From Candidatus Gottesmanbacteria bacterium (lineage in GTDB: Bacteria; Patescibacteriota; Microgenomatia; 2-02-FULL-39-11): DNA of 64,000 bases. Position 1 is the stretch's first letter. Every line of letters begins with the position of its first letter. The translations under genes were made by a program, and so were the position numbers. Positions 9,114 through 17,723 of the stretch are shown piece by piece. The notes beneath the pieces are model-generated. The model was given only the letters and a program-made list of their open reading frames with translations. It searched no databases and had not been told where the DNA came from. The stretch is taken from the NCBI GenBank assembly GCA_016186795.1, contig JACPKY010000002.1, positions 861,892 to 925,891 on the forward strand, given 5' to 3'.

Positions 9114-9141
9114 GGAGACCATATACAAAGTTAGAACCTAT
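9114..9141. repeat. 28-bp exact direct repeat, copy 2 (att-like)
   Basis: Identical to 913-940. Confidence 0.9.
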
Positions 9142-9238
9142 ATATCCTATTCAATTTCCCCTCAATATATCATCTCATGTTAATCCCGGCGAAGAAATTT
9201 TTTTAAATTTTGTCCCCAGCTGCGAGAGCGTATCCGAG

Positions 9239-9550
9239 CTATTTGCTAGTTAAAGCTTCAATAATCATTTCTTTTGGTGGATAATCATATGTTTTTCCAT
9301 GATAGAAATATGGTCTACAGGAACTGACCGAATACGATTTCACATTTCTTGCCATCGGATCAACATCTATCCCATCAATAAGAATCGATGGAGAACCGTT
9401 GAACTTATACGCTTTTGCCTGGCCTTCTGTATCTATCAATATAACCTCGTACTTAGCCGCCAGTCCCTTCGTTTTCAACGCCTCTTCCAGAATAGAGAGA
9501 CTTTCTTTCCAAGCATGACAATCTGCCGTATGAAGAAGTTGTATTTTCAT
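9239..9550 (-). CDS. thioredoxin-fold protein (DUF2703-like)
   Basis: MKIQLL..ADCH, FNGSPSILIDGID, SCRPY. Confidence 0.65.
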   Translation of the reverse strand: MKIQLLHTADCHAWKESLSILEEALKTKGLAAKYEVILIDTEGQAKAYKFNGSPSILIDGIDVDPMARNVKSYSVSSCRPYFYHGKTYDYPPKEMIIEALTSK

Positions 9551-9559
9551 ATGTCTATA

Positions 9560-9811
9560 TTACTTCAATCCTAAAGCCTGATCAATTTTCTCTTTATCAA
9601 ATCCAAGTATTTTTACCTCTACACCATCATCTTTTGTAATATGGGTACAAGGCACACCCATTGAACCGCATGTATCAATAAAAGTCTGCATCTGGTCAGG
9701 ATTTTGATCAATGAGTACATCTTCAAACGGGATGTTTTTTTCCGTAAGATATGACTTAAGCATTTTGCAATACGGACATGTTGTAGTCGAATAGATCTTT
9801 ATTTTTGCCAT
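9560..9811 (-). CDS. glutaredoxin/NrdH-like protein
   Basis: YSTTTCPYC, GVP, GFD; SD AGGAGGTG. Confidence 0.9.
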   Translation of the reverse strand: MAKIKIYSTTTCPYCKMLKSYLTEKNIPFEDVLIDQNPDQMQTFIDTCGSMGVPCTHITKDDGVEVKILGFDKEKIDQALGLK

Positions 9812-9838
9812 AATATCACCTCCTATCTTAATTTATCA

Positions 9839-11497
9839 TTAATAAATCTCTGTATCCGGATGAAATGCCGCCCAAGCAAACCAGAATAGACGAATAGGAA
9901 TAATCTCCTCTCCTGTTGCTGTGTTGGTCACTGCAATTTCGCCATTTGTTTGTTTTTCCAGCGTGACTGGAGTACCTCTAATCGTGTCAGAGATCCTGTG
10001 ATTTTTTTCAAAAACATCTTCAGGATAAGCCTTGGATGCGTCTCCAAGCTCAACTCCGTAAACCACTGACTTTATATGTAAACTTCTGTTTAAATCTTTG
10101 ACGCCGAAAAGGAGCTTTTCATCCTCTTCATACGCACCATAGGGATACTGGTCGTAATTTCTGGAAAAGCCGGTGTTTCGGGAGAGTACTTGAGTATCAG
10201 GGTATTCTTCCTTCCACTGGCTCCAATCAACGGTAATGATAGGAACTTTGACTAGTTTCTCATTACGCCGTGCCGCAGGTCCCACAATTGCTTCTCCTGT
10301 AATTTGTTGCCAAAGATTTCCTTCATACCGGTCATACATCACTAAATCACTATTATGCAGTTTTCCTGACACACCAAACTCCGTAATGATACCGTCTACT
10401 TTTCGTTCAAAAGCAAGAGCTGACCCGCATAGAGGACAGAAAGTAATCGCTACTGGATTACCATTTATATTGTCATTTACAATTTCGTGCCAATTTAAGA
10501 TTTTTTGAGGATAGGCTCTGATGATTGATTGAAAATTTAAGGCAAAAACCCGATCATCCGGCGCAAGCCACGTATCAGCATCCTGAGCAGTTTCAAATTT
10601 GGGATTGTTTATTGAAGGAATGCAGTCTTTGCCGAAACAACCCTGCAGTAAATCTTCTTTTGCTACTTTGGCTCCGGAAAAATCATCCTGTAAAATGACA
10701 TCTTTGACAACTGTTTGCCCGGGACTTGCTTTTTGCATACTGTTTTTTCCTCTCAATTGCGAAAGCTGTGAGTCGACATTGACAATTTTTTCGAATGTTG
10801 TGGCAATTTGAGTCCAAGACTGCGGCAGATTTGAAAGTGTCCATGCTTGCAAGCTTCGGTCAGCTCCTGTCCAGATAAACAGAGCGGTAGCCATAATCAC
10901 CAGTCCGAAGACTTGACGGATTTTCAGGTTTTCTTTTTTGAAAAAGGTCAATCTCTGCGAAACAGAACTTCCCCCTTTGGCAATAAAATAGAGGGGTACA
11001 CCTGTTCCTAAAGCATAAGCCAGGGTAATAAATACAGTTGATAGTGAAAAGGAACTCACAGCAGCCAACGTTGCCACTGCCGCTACAACCGGTCCAATAC
11101 ACGGAGTCCAGACGATTCCGAGACTTGCTCCGGTAATAACTCCTCCTGCAAATCCATTATTTTTGCCTTGGGAGGGTTGAAAATGCCAGTGTGTTTCTAT
11201 AAAATACTGTATTTTTTCCCAAACTGCCGGGAATACCAGGCTTGCGCCAAATATGATAAGAAGGGCAACAGCAAGAAGTCTCACTGCATCAGCAGACATA
11301 CCCAATACCCGAACAAGAGTAGCAAGCAAAAGTGAGGCTATCGTAAAACTAAGAACCAGTCCTGCGATAAGCCCTTTGATTCTTTTGCCGTTTCCATCGA
11401 TACCGCTTGCTAAAACTATAGGCAAAATAGGCAAAACACAGGGTGAAAAGACGGTCAAAACACCTGATATGAAAGCAATGGGAATAAGCAGTAACAT
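9839..11497 (-). CDS. CcdA/DipZ-type TM electron transporter fused to a DUF3179-like domain
   Basis: SPCVLP and TPCIGP in TM part; KDCIPSI, WHEIVND, FCPLCGS, FWFAWAAFHP in C-terminal part. Confidence 0.82.
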   Translation of the reverse strand: MLLLIPIAFISGVLTVFSPCVLPILPIVLASGIDGNGKRIKGLIAGLVLSFTIASLLLATLVRVLGMSADAVRLLAVALLIIFGASLVFPAVWEKIQYFIETHWHFQPSQGKNNGFAGGVITGASLGIVWTPCIGPVVAAVATLAAVSSFSLSTVFITLAYALGTGVPLYFIAKGGSSVSQRLTFFKKENLKIRQVFGLVIMATALFIWTGADRSLQAWTLSNLPQSWTQIATTFEKIVNVDSQLSQLRGKNSMQKASPGQTVVKDVILQDDFSGAKVAKEDLLQGCFGKDCIPSINNPKFETAQDADTWLAPDDRVFALNFQSIIRAYPQKILNWHEIVNDNINGNPVAITFCPLCGSALAFERKVDGIITEFGVSGKLHNSDLVMYDRYEGNLWQQITGEAIVGPAARRNEKLVKVPIITVDWSQWKEEYPDTQVLSRNTGFSRNYDQYPYGAYEEDEKLLFGVKDLNRSLHIKSVVYGVELGDASKAYPEDVFEKNHRISDTIRGTPVTLEKQTNGEIAVTNTATGEEIIPIRLFWFAWAAFHPDTEIY

Positions 11498-11500
11498 ATA

Positions 11501-11947
11501 TTATGTTGCCTCCACTTCCTGAAAAAGCAAATCAAGATTACCTCCGATCCACCTTTTTATCTCATTTCCCTTTTTATCCAAAACAATCAGAGTATGTTGC
11601 TGAGTTACTCTATAATTCGACTTCATTTCGCTATCATTGTCATAGTCAACTTTCAAAATAGTCAAATCTGCCGGGATTTCTCCAATACGCTGGCGTATCT
11701 CTTTGTCCAGCTCCGAACAGGTTTGGCACCACGTTGTTGCTGCAAAGAATAAAACAGTTTTTCCGAATTTTTGGGAATGCACTTTGTTTGTGTCTGAATA
11801 ATCCAAATAAGCTATCCTATTTATCAGTTGTTGTCGATCAGACCAAGTCAGGCTGGGATCCGCATTTTTAAGTGCGTCTTTAAGGAAAATAAAGCCAGCA
11901 GATATACCAAGTACTGATAAAATAATAAATATATTGAACGGTTTCAT
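11501..11947 (-). CDS. membrane-anchored thioredoxin-family protein
   Basis: N-terminal TM, FFAATTWCQTC, KVDYD. Confidence 0.85.
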   Translation of the reverse strand: MKPFNIFIILSVLGISAGFIFLKDALKNADPSLTWSDRQQLINRIAYLDYSDTNKVHSQKFGKTVLFFAATTWCQTCSELDKEIRQRIGEIPADLTILKVDYDNDSEMKSNYRVTQQHTLIVLDKKGNEIKRWIGGNLDLLFQEVEAT

Positions 11948-11971
11948 AAATATTATCCGATGCTTACCTCA

Positions 11972-12009
11972 TATTAGGAGCACGAGTTTACTATACCTTG
12001 CTCCTAATA
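11972..12009. repeat. intergenic 11-bp inverted repeat
   Basis: TATTAGGAGCA-N16-TGCTCCTAATA. Confidence 0.6.
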
Positions 12010-12020
12010 ATAGACGAGCA

Positions 12021-12497
12021 TCACTTTAGATTGGCAAGGAGTGTCTTTATACCCTCGCCACCACTATTCCATCTGGTTATTTCTTTTCCATCACTATCAA
12101 CTTGAACAAACGTATCCTGCATAGTGATGGCATACTTTTGTTTTAAGTCTTTTGCAGTATCGTAATCTACCTTAAGTATTGTTGCATCGCTTGGGACTTT
12201 CTCAAAGTTGGCTTGAAAATCTTTATCGGCTTGCTGGCAGGACGGACACCATTTGAGAGCAGCAAAAAAAAGAACTGCTCGACCGTTATTTGCCGTTGCT
12301 TTTGCCAGATTATCAGATGAGTAATCTAGATACCGTGATAAAATATTAGTCGCTTTTGAATCCTTTGTATCGACATTTGTGATACTAACTTCAGATGGTT
12401 GTTGTGAGGTGGATGCAGATTGATTTTTGATATAGAAAAATCCTCCTCCCACAACTAGTACTATGAAAGCACCCAAAATGACGTGTTGAGACTTCAT
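12021..12497 (-). CDS. membrane-anchored thioredoxin-family protein (paralog of 11501-11947)
   Basis: FFAALKWCPSC, KVDYD; SD AGGAGGTG before ATG 12497. Confidence 0.87.
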   Translation of the reverse strand: MKSQHVILGAFIVLVVGGGFFYIKNQSASTSQQPSEVSITNVDTKDSKATNILSRYLDYSSDNLAKATANNGRAVLFFAALKWCPSCQQADKDFQANFEKVPSDATILKVDYDTAKDLKQKYAITMQDTFVQVDSDGKEITRWNSGGEGIKTLLANLK

Positions 12498-12593
12498 ATG
12501 ATCACCTCCTTTCAAAGAAGATAAATCAAGACAATCGTTACAAACCCGGATCCCTTTCATAACGCGATAATAGATCAATTAAGAATGTAATTC

Positions 12594-12609
12594 TGTCGTG
12601 AAGGTGACA
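12594..12609 (-). promoter_or_regulatory. Crp/Fnr (CooA-consensus) box for the thioredoxin operon
   Basis: TGTCA-CCTTCA-CGACA on minus strand, centred -41.5 relative to TATTAT -10 at 12572-12567. Confidence 0.6.
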
Positions 12610-12611
12610 AA

Positions 12612-13274
12612 TCAAGAAGTCAAAGATTCAAGTTTTGAGGAAGTAAACTGAAGCGACTTTTGTATCCGGGTGATAAGCCCTTTTTTCTCAAGCTGGTTAA
12701 TAATAGTTGTTACCGTCTGGCGGGATATTCCAAGCATTTGTGCAAGCTCCTCATGGGTAAATTTTTCTGATACTTCCATAGAATCATCTGCTTTCTTTTT
12801 CCCCAAACTTAAGAGCAGTTTTACAAGCCTCTGGAATGCACTATCTGTGGCAACAGATGACATACGCTTTTCTACTTTCAAGAGACGGTAAAACAGTTGT
12901 TTCATAAGTTTCTCTGATAGTTCCGGATACTGACTTATCATCGTAAAAAACCTGTCCTTTTGAAGTGAGCAGACATATGAATTCGTTGTTGCTTCAACAA
13001 ATGTTTCACCTTCACCTTCTGTTCCCAGATCGCCGAATATACTTCCGGGAAGGAGTCGTTCAATGATAACTTTTTTGCCAGAAGGACTCAGCTGATAGAG
13101 CTCCACCTGTCCTGTTTTTACAATAAAAACCTTATCTTTATCTCCTGGTTCAAATATAACCTCACGTCTCCCATATTCTTTCATAAAAATGAGAGATTCT
13201 ATTTGTACTAGTTTCTCTTTTGTAAGTTCCTTGAATAAATCAAGTTGCTGGATATACCAGAGTTTTTTAGTCAT
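12612..13274 (-). CDS. Crp/Fnr family transcription regulator
   Basis: PGSIFGD, HTH THEELAQMLGISRQTVT. Confidence 0.93.
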   Translation of the reverse strand: MTKKLWYIQQLDLFKELTKEKLVQIESLIFMKEYGRREVIFEPGDKDKVFIVKTGQVELYQLSPSGKKVIIERLLPGSIFGDLGTEGEGETFVEATTNSYVCSLQKDRFFTMISQYPELSEKLMKQLFYRLLKVEKRMSSVATDSAFQRLVKLLLSLGKKKADDSMEVSEKFTHEELAQMLGISRQTVTTIINQLEKKGLITRIQKSLQFTSSKLESLTS

Positions 13275-13373
13275 TGGACAATTGTATCATCCAGCTATTA
13301 GTGAAGTTAAGGGTTCTTAAAGTGGTAAAAAGACTTAACAGTCGTGCATTGTTTTTCAACTATAGTATATTTG

Positions 13374-13461
13374 CGGAAGGGGAGGGATTCGAACCCTCGA
13401 GGACGTTTCCGCCCTACTGACTTTCCAGGTCAGCGCCATAAACCAGCTAGGCGACCCTTCC
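13374..13461 (-). tRNA. tRNA-Ser(GGA)
   Basis: CTGAC-CT GGA AA-GTCAG; long variable arm; GGTTCGAATCC. Confidence 0.95.
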
Positions 13462-13462
13462 A

Positions 13463-14053
13463 TCACTCGTTTTTATATTTTCTATGAATTTTCTCCCGCT
13501 CCCTTTTCCACCAATCTTGACTTGAAGTCGTCATTATATCACGATAGAACTTCTTTGAGCTGGCAAGACGCAGTCTTTCACTATTCCCATCCAACCACTC
13601 CTTTGCATGTGTATTTCCTTTTTCCACCAGTGTCTTAAGATACAAACAAAGAGCCAAAACGTCAGCATCGTGGACGACCTTTGATTCAATACTTCCCTTT
13701 TTTTCAAAATCTTTCAAAAGGGTCACTATTGTCTGACGAAACGAAATATTTCCTACTGCATCGGTAAGAGCTTTTTTTGAGTCTGCATGAATATAGAGAT
13801 CTGAAAGTTTATATACATCTCCAATCCTTGTTTCTGAAAAATCATGGAAAAGAGCCAAAAGGAGTACCTTTTCTCTATTAGCACGCTCTTTATCAGCAAG
13901 GACAAGACTTATCATACAGACCATAAATGTATGATCTGCAAGCGATTCTTTCCCGTCTCCGAGAATTTGCCAGCCTGTTCGTTGAAGACGCGTAAGTGAT
14001 AGGGCTTCGAAAAGAAAATTGACATTTTCCTTTATTGACTGTGATTTCTTCAT
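13463..14053 (-). CDS. HD-domain hydrolase (YfbR/5'-deoxynucleotidase-like)
   Basis: RTGW, ESLADH, LFHDFSETRIGD, HDAD. Confidence 0.88.
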   Translation of the reverse strand: MKKSQSIKENVNFLFEALSLTRLQRTGWQILGDGKESLADHTFMVCMISLVLADKERANREKVLLLALFHDFSETRIGDVYKLSDLYIHADSKKALTDAVGNISFRQTIVTLLKDFEKKGSIESKVVHDADVLALCLYLKTLVEKGNTHAKEWLDGNSERLRLASSKKFYRDIMTTSSQDWWKREREKIHRKYKNE

Positions 14054-14139
14054 AATAAGGTTCTCGAGAGGTATTCCCGCCTTTGGCGGGGAAGCGATTA
14101 AGCGACCTGTAAATTTTCCTCTGAGAAAAATTTATGACT

Positions 14140-14215
14140 GCGGGACGTAAAAAAATTCTGAAGGAATTTTAACGTCCCAGCAACGTTGAAATCGCAAAGC
14201 GATTTCTTACGTTGC
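14140..14215. repeat. hairpin-doublet element at tRNA-Arg(CCG) 3' end, copy 1
   Basis: GGGACGT..ACGTCCC plus GCAACGT..ACGTTGC; homologous to 19331-19407. Confidence 0.85.
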
Positions 14216-14288
14216 GCGCCCGAGAGGACTTGAACCTCCAACCGCAAGATCCGGAATCTTGTGCTCTATCCAGTTAAGCTACGGGCGC
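14215..14288 (-). tRNA. tRNA-Arg(CCG)
   Basis: CAAGA-TT CCG GA-TCTTG; GCGCCCG acceptor stem. Confidence 0.95.
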
Positions 14289-14716
14289 AAACTGTTAAAT
14301 ATTTTCAGCGCTTCCTTAAAGGCATTTTTGTCTGATTTATACGATAACCTCTTCTCTACCTCCTCTGTAGGTATCCACGACACAGCTGACATCTCATGAT
14401 CATGATCTTTGATATCTCCCGAAACATATTCCATCAGAAAATAATAAACAGTCTTAAATCTTTTATCTCCTTTCCAGACATACCAATAGGTAGCTGGATT
14501 CCCCAATTTGATGATAATTTGCCCTTCAACCCCAGTTTCCTCTTTCACTTCCCGCACTGCTGTCTCCTCACTTTTTTCTCCCTTAATATTGTCGCCTATT
14601 AAACCTTTGGGAAAGACCCAACCTTTGTGCTGAGAATGCTGACAGACGAGCCAAAAAACGTTTTTTGTTTTCTGTTTTTTAAAAACAATTCCACCTGCTG
14701 AAAATTCTCTGGTCAT
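14279..14716 (-). CDS. NUDIX hydrolase
   Basis: SAGGIV, FPKG, AVREVKEETG. Confidence 0.92.
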   Translation of the reverse strand: MTREFSAGGIVFKKQKTKNVFWLVCQHSQHKGWVFPKGLIGDNIKGEKSEETAVREVKEETGVEGQIIIKLGNPATYWYVWKGDKRFKTVYYFLMEYVSGDIKDHDHEMSAVSWIPTEEVEKRLSYKSDKNAFKEALKIFNSLRP

Positions 14717-14719
14717 ACT

Positions 14720-15763
14720 TTAATGTATGTTCACAATTTCTTTTACATCTTTAATGAATTCTGAAATATCCAGAAAAAAATTTGGATACGCGCGTCTCAA
14801 TATAGCTAGTGGCCCGGCAGATACTAAAACTGGTTCAATTTTTTTACCTTTCACTGCTTCAGCTTCTACATCGCCATAATCTTGGATTGCTTTTTCAAGC
14901 TTCTCTCGATTATATGGTATGATTTGAACCGTTTTCTCAAAGGAATTCAGTATAATTAGATGGTATGACCACCCTTCGCCTTTTTTATTAATTTCTTTTA
15001 CGGCAGTATAGAAACCACCCATTTTTTCCAAAGCACCAATTTTTTTTTCTATTTGAGTTACCAATTGGAAAATTTCATCTTTCTTTTTGCCCTGATGACG
15101 TGGTAAAACATTAGTTTTTTCAATACTTGCAAATGCAGAAGAAACAGTAGCAAAAAAATCCAACCATTCTTTATCTCCCTGGCGCGACTTTAATGCTTGC
15201 CCAAGGAAAGTACCCATTGTTTCAACAGCTGTTGCCCATGTATGTTGTAATTTAGTCCTTACTTGTAGTTCTATCCTTAACCCGTTGTACTCGGGTGCAT
15301 TACGATTGCTATATTTGTACATTAGATGGATACTTCTATACCCATCTATATCTCTTGGTTCTTTAATATAGTCCTTTTGGTTATATAATTCATGTGGAAG
15401 GCGCTTATTATTTTTATAATCCGTGACTAGTTTATAAACATCATCTATTGTTCCTAATACTGCACGGACACCACCTATATCTTGCATCGTTGTTAGTTGC
15501 ATACTAGGTTCTCGCCCCAATTTATCAATTATAGTTGGCATACGTTTGAGTCGTTGCGCAACGATTGGATCATTAGGATACGAACGAACTTTTGTTCTGA
15601 GTGTGGCCTGAAATGTATTAATTGGATAAGAATGACATGCACGCCATTTTTCAGCTATTTTCAGAGCGTTCGCAAATTCGGAAAAATTGGGACCTTTTCG
15701 AAGAACTAGTCCAGCTTTATTGATTTGTGCCTTTGAAATATCAGGTACTTGTGCAAAAGCCAT
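14720..15763 (-). CDS. RelA/SpoT-domain protein, fused CapRel-like toxin-antitoxin
   Basis: SKAQINKAG, RLKRMPTIIDKL, MQDIGGVR, GYRSIH, IELQVRTKLQHTWA, C-terminal LRRAYPNFF. Confidence 0.82.
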   Translation of the reverse strand: MAFAQVPDISKAQINKAGLVLRKGPNFSEFANALKIAEKWRACHSYPINTFQATLRTKVRSYPNDPIVAQRLKRMPTIIDKLGREPSMQLTTMQDIGGVRAVLGTIDDVYKLVTDYKNNKRLPHELYNQKDYIKEPRDIDGYRSIHLMYKYSNRNAPEYNGLRIELQVRTKLQHTWATAVETMGTFLGQALKSRQGDKEWLDFFATVSSAFASIEKTNVLPRHQGKKKDEIFQLVTQIEKKIGALEKMGGFYTAVKEINKKGEGWSYHLIILNSFEKTVQIIPYNREKLEKAIQDYGDVEAEAVKGKKIEPVLVSAGPLAILRRAYPNFFLDISEFIKDVKEIVNIH

Positions 15764-15811
15764 ATTAAAGTTTCTATGAAAAAATAAAACACATTAAATA
15801 TTGTTTAAGTG

Positions 15812-15899
15812 CGGAGGGGGCGAGATTCGAACTCGCGTGAGTCTTGCGACTCCCAAGGTTTTCGAGACCTGGCTGATCAACCTCTCCAAGCACCCCTCC
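15812..15899 (-). tRNA. tRNA-Ser(CGA), atypical D-arm
   Basis: AGGT-CT CGA AA-ACCT; variable arm GAGTC-GCAA-GACTC; GTTCGAATC. Confidence 0.85.
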
Positions 15900-15905
15900 A
15901 ATTTG

Positions 15906-15977
15906 CGCGCCCACCCAGAATCGAACTGGGATCAGTTGCTCCGCAAGCAACTACTCTATCCGTTAAGCTATGGGCGC
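15906..15977 (-). tRNA. tRNA-Arg(GCG)
   Basis: GTTGC-TT GCG GA-GCAAC; acceptor stem resembles that of tRNA-Arg(CCG). Confidence 0.93.
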
Positions 15978-16042
15978 AACGGAATAAATGTCGTAGCTTC
16001 GTATTATAGTATGGAAAATGGGATTTCTCCACTTGGCAGACA

Positions 16043-16576
16043 TTACACTGTTGTCTCAAGAGGGAATTTTTTCGAAAGCCAGTGGGAAAACGAATCTGTC
16101 CAGCTTTTGGGGGGCTTTTCCATATAGAGAAGGTATTTCCCAATCACATCTTTTATTTTCTGTTCGGATACATCACCTAGTACAGCTCTCACTTGTGCAG
16201 GGAAAGCTAACCGAGTCTGGATGACAAGCATCTTCGATCCCCATTTTTCCTCAAACCAGAAAGCATAACATTGACCCCAGTGGATAAGTTTCTCTGCTTG
16301 CTCAAATCCAAGAGGAGTCACCTTATGACTGACCTCAATCGGTTCAACCGTTGATGTAACATAGACAACAAACGCAATCGAGAGAATAACTCCGATAAGC
16401 ATAAACTCATGGAGGAAAAAGACAATAACAACAAGAAGGAATGTAATTGCGGCAACCGTTTGATAAAATACTTTGTTCCTCTTTTTAAACGGATGTGATG
16501 GACTTTTCCAGGAAAGTAGAATCTCGTTAAGATTCTCCGTAGGGATAGGAGATGAAGATTTTGTAGGTGTGGCCAT
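16043..16576 (-). CDS. conserved hypothetical 2-TM membrane protein
   Basis: WKSPSHPFKKR followed by two TM helices and a soluble C-terminus. Confidence 0.7.
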   Translation of the reverse strand: MATPTKSSSPIPTENLNEILLSWKSPSHPFKKRNKVFYQTVAAITFLLVVIVFFLHEFMLIGVILSIAFVVYVTSTVEPIEVSHKVTPLGFEQAEKLIHWGQCYAFWFEEKWGSKMLVIQTRLAFPAQVRAVLGDVSEQKIKDVIGKYLLYMEKPPKSWTDSFSHWLSKKFPLETTV

Positions 16577-16733
16577 AGGCAGCTGATACTTCCATTATAT
16601 GAAACAATGAAACGAAAATAAAGAACCGGACTTCTCAAAAAACTCCCTCGAGATTCAACCTTATATTATCACCATGATACAGCCACGTATGCAAGACACC
16701 AAGAAATAAATTCTGTGATGTATACTAAGAAAC

Positions 16734-17720
16734 ATGAACGCCTCTATTATTACAGAACTTGGAAATGCTGCAGCATTTCAATCTCGTTCGGTTGAGACTC
16801 CACAACCGAAAAAAGATGACGTTTTGATAAAAGTTCTCTTCTGCGGAGTGAATCACTTAGACGTCTTAATCCGCCAGGGAAAACGCCCAGGGCCAAAAAT
16901 CTTTCCTCATGTTTTGGGTTCAGAAATTGTAGGAAAAATAGATGGCGAAACTGTCTGTGTATACCCATGGACCTTTTGTGGAAAATGTAAGCAATGTAGA
17001 GAGGGTAATGAAAATATTTGTGACCATGGTGGAACTCTTGGAAGAACTCAATGGGGTGGATACGCAGAATATGTGGCCGTACCTGCAAAAAATATTGTAA
17101 AACTGCCAAAAGGAATTGATCCAATAGAAGCAGCATCGATACTTCTTGCCGGAACAACAGCATATCATCTTATCAAGCGTGCCGGTGTCAAACCAAAAAG
17201 TACCGTCCTTGTAACAGGTGCTACCGGTGGCGTCGGAACAGTCGTTTTGCAACTTTTAAAAAACTTCAAATGCCGTATTATCTGTGCAACATCCCACCCA
17301 GAGAAAAAAGTAAAATTACAATCGATGGGAATAGAAAATGTTGTTTCTACAAAGAGTTTGGTTGAAGACGTTCACTCTCTCTTTCCCCAAGGGATTGAAT
17401 ATGCAATCGATATTGTCGGAGGCACAATATGGTCGAAAGCGCTTGAAGCTCTTGCGAAAAAAGGTACGCTTGTCTTTTGCTCAACATCACGTGATGAACC
17501 GGGGATTGTTCCCATTGCAAAAGCATTCAATAGAGAACTTACTATCTTGGGTTCATACGGCGGAACAATAAAAGACATGGAGTCAATTCTTACGCTTGTA
17601 TCTCAAAAAGTGATCGTGCCAATCGTTGATTCTGTATTCCCATTATCAGAAGCACAAAAAGCACACGAACGAATTGAAAACCAAGCTGTTTTTGGGAAAA
17701 TCCTGTTACAAACTACGTAA
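16734..17720 (+). CDS. zinc-binding alcohol dehydrogenase/quinone oxidoreductase (MDR)
   Basis: GVNHLD, CGKCKQC..C zinc lobe, GATGGVG, GKILL. Confidence 0.92.
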   Translation: MNASIITELGNAAAFQSRSVETPQPKKDDVLIKVLFCGVNHLDVLIRQGKRPGPKIFPHVLGSEIVGKIDGETVCVYPWTFCGKCKQCREGNENICDHGGTLGRTQWGGYAEYVAVPAKNIVKLPKGIDPIEAASILLAGTTAYHLIKRAGVKPKSTVLVTGATGGVGTVVLQLLKNFKCRIICATSHPEKKVKLQSMGIENVVSTKSLVEDVHSLFPQGIEYAIDIVGGTIWSKALEALAKKGTLVFCSTSRDEPGIVPIAKAFNRELTILGSYGGTIKDMESILTLVSQKVIVPIVDSVFPLSEAQKAHERIENQAVFGKILLQTT

Positions 17721-17723
17721 ACA

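Noticed and set aside
14140-14215. Hairpin doublet as an integron attC
   Set aside because: Each hairpin is about 36 bp, shorter than attC, lacks the RYYYAAC/GTTRRRY box architecture, and no integrase is present.
15801-16143. ORFs overlapping the Ser(CGA) and Arg(GCG) tRNAs
   Set aside because: Spurious frames across tRNA genes.
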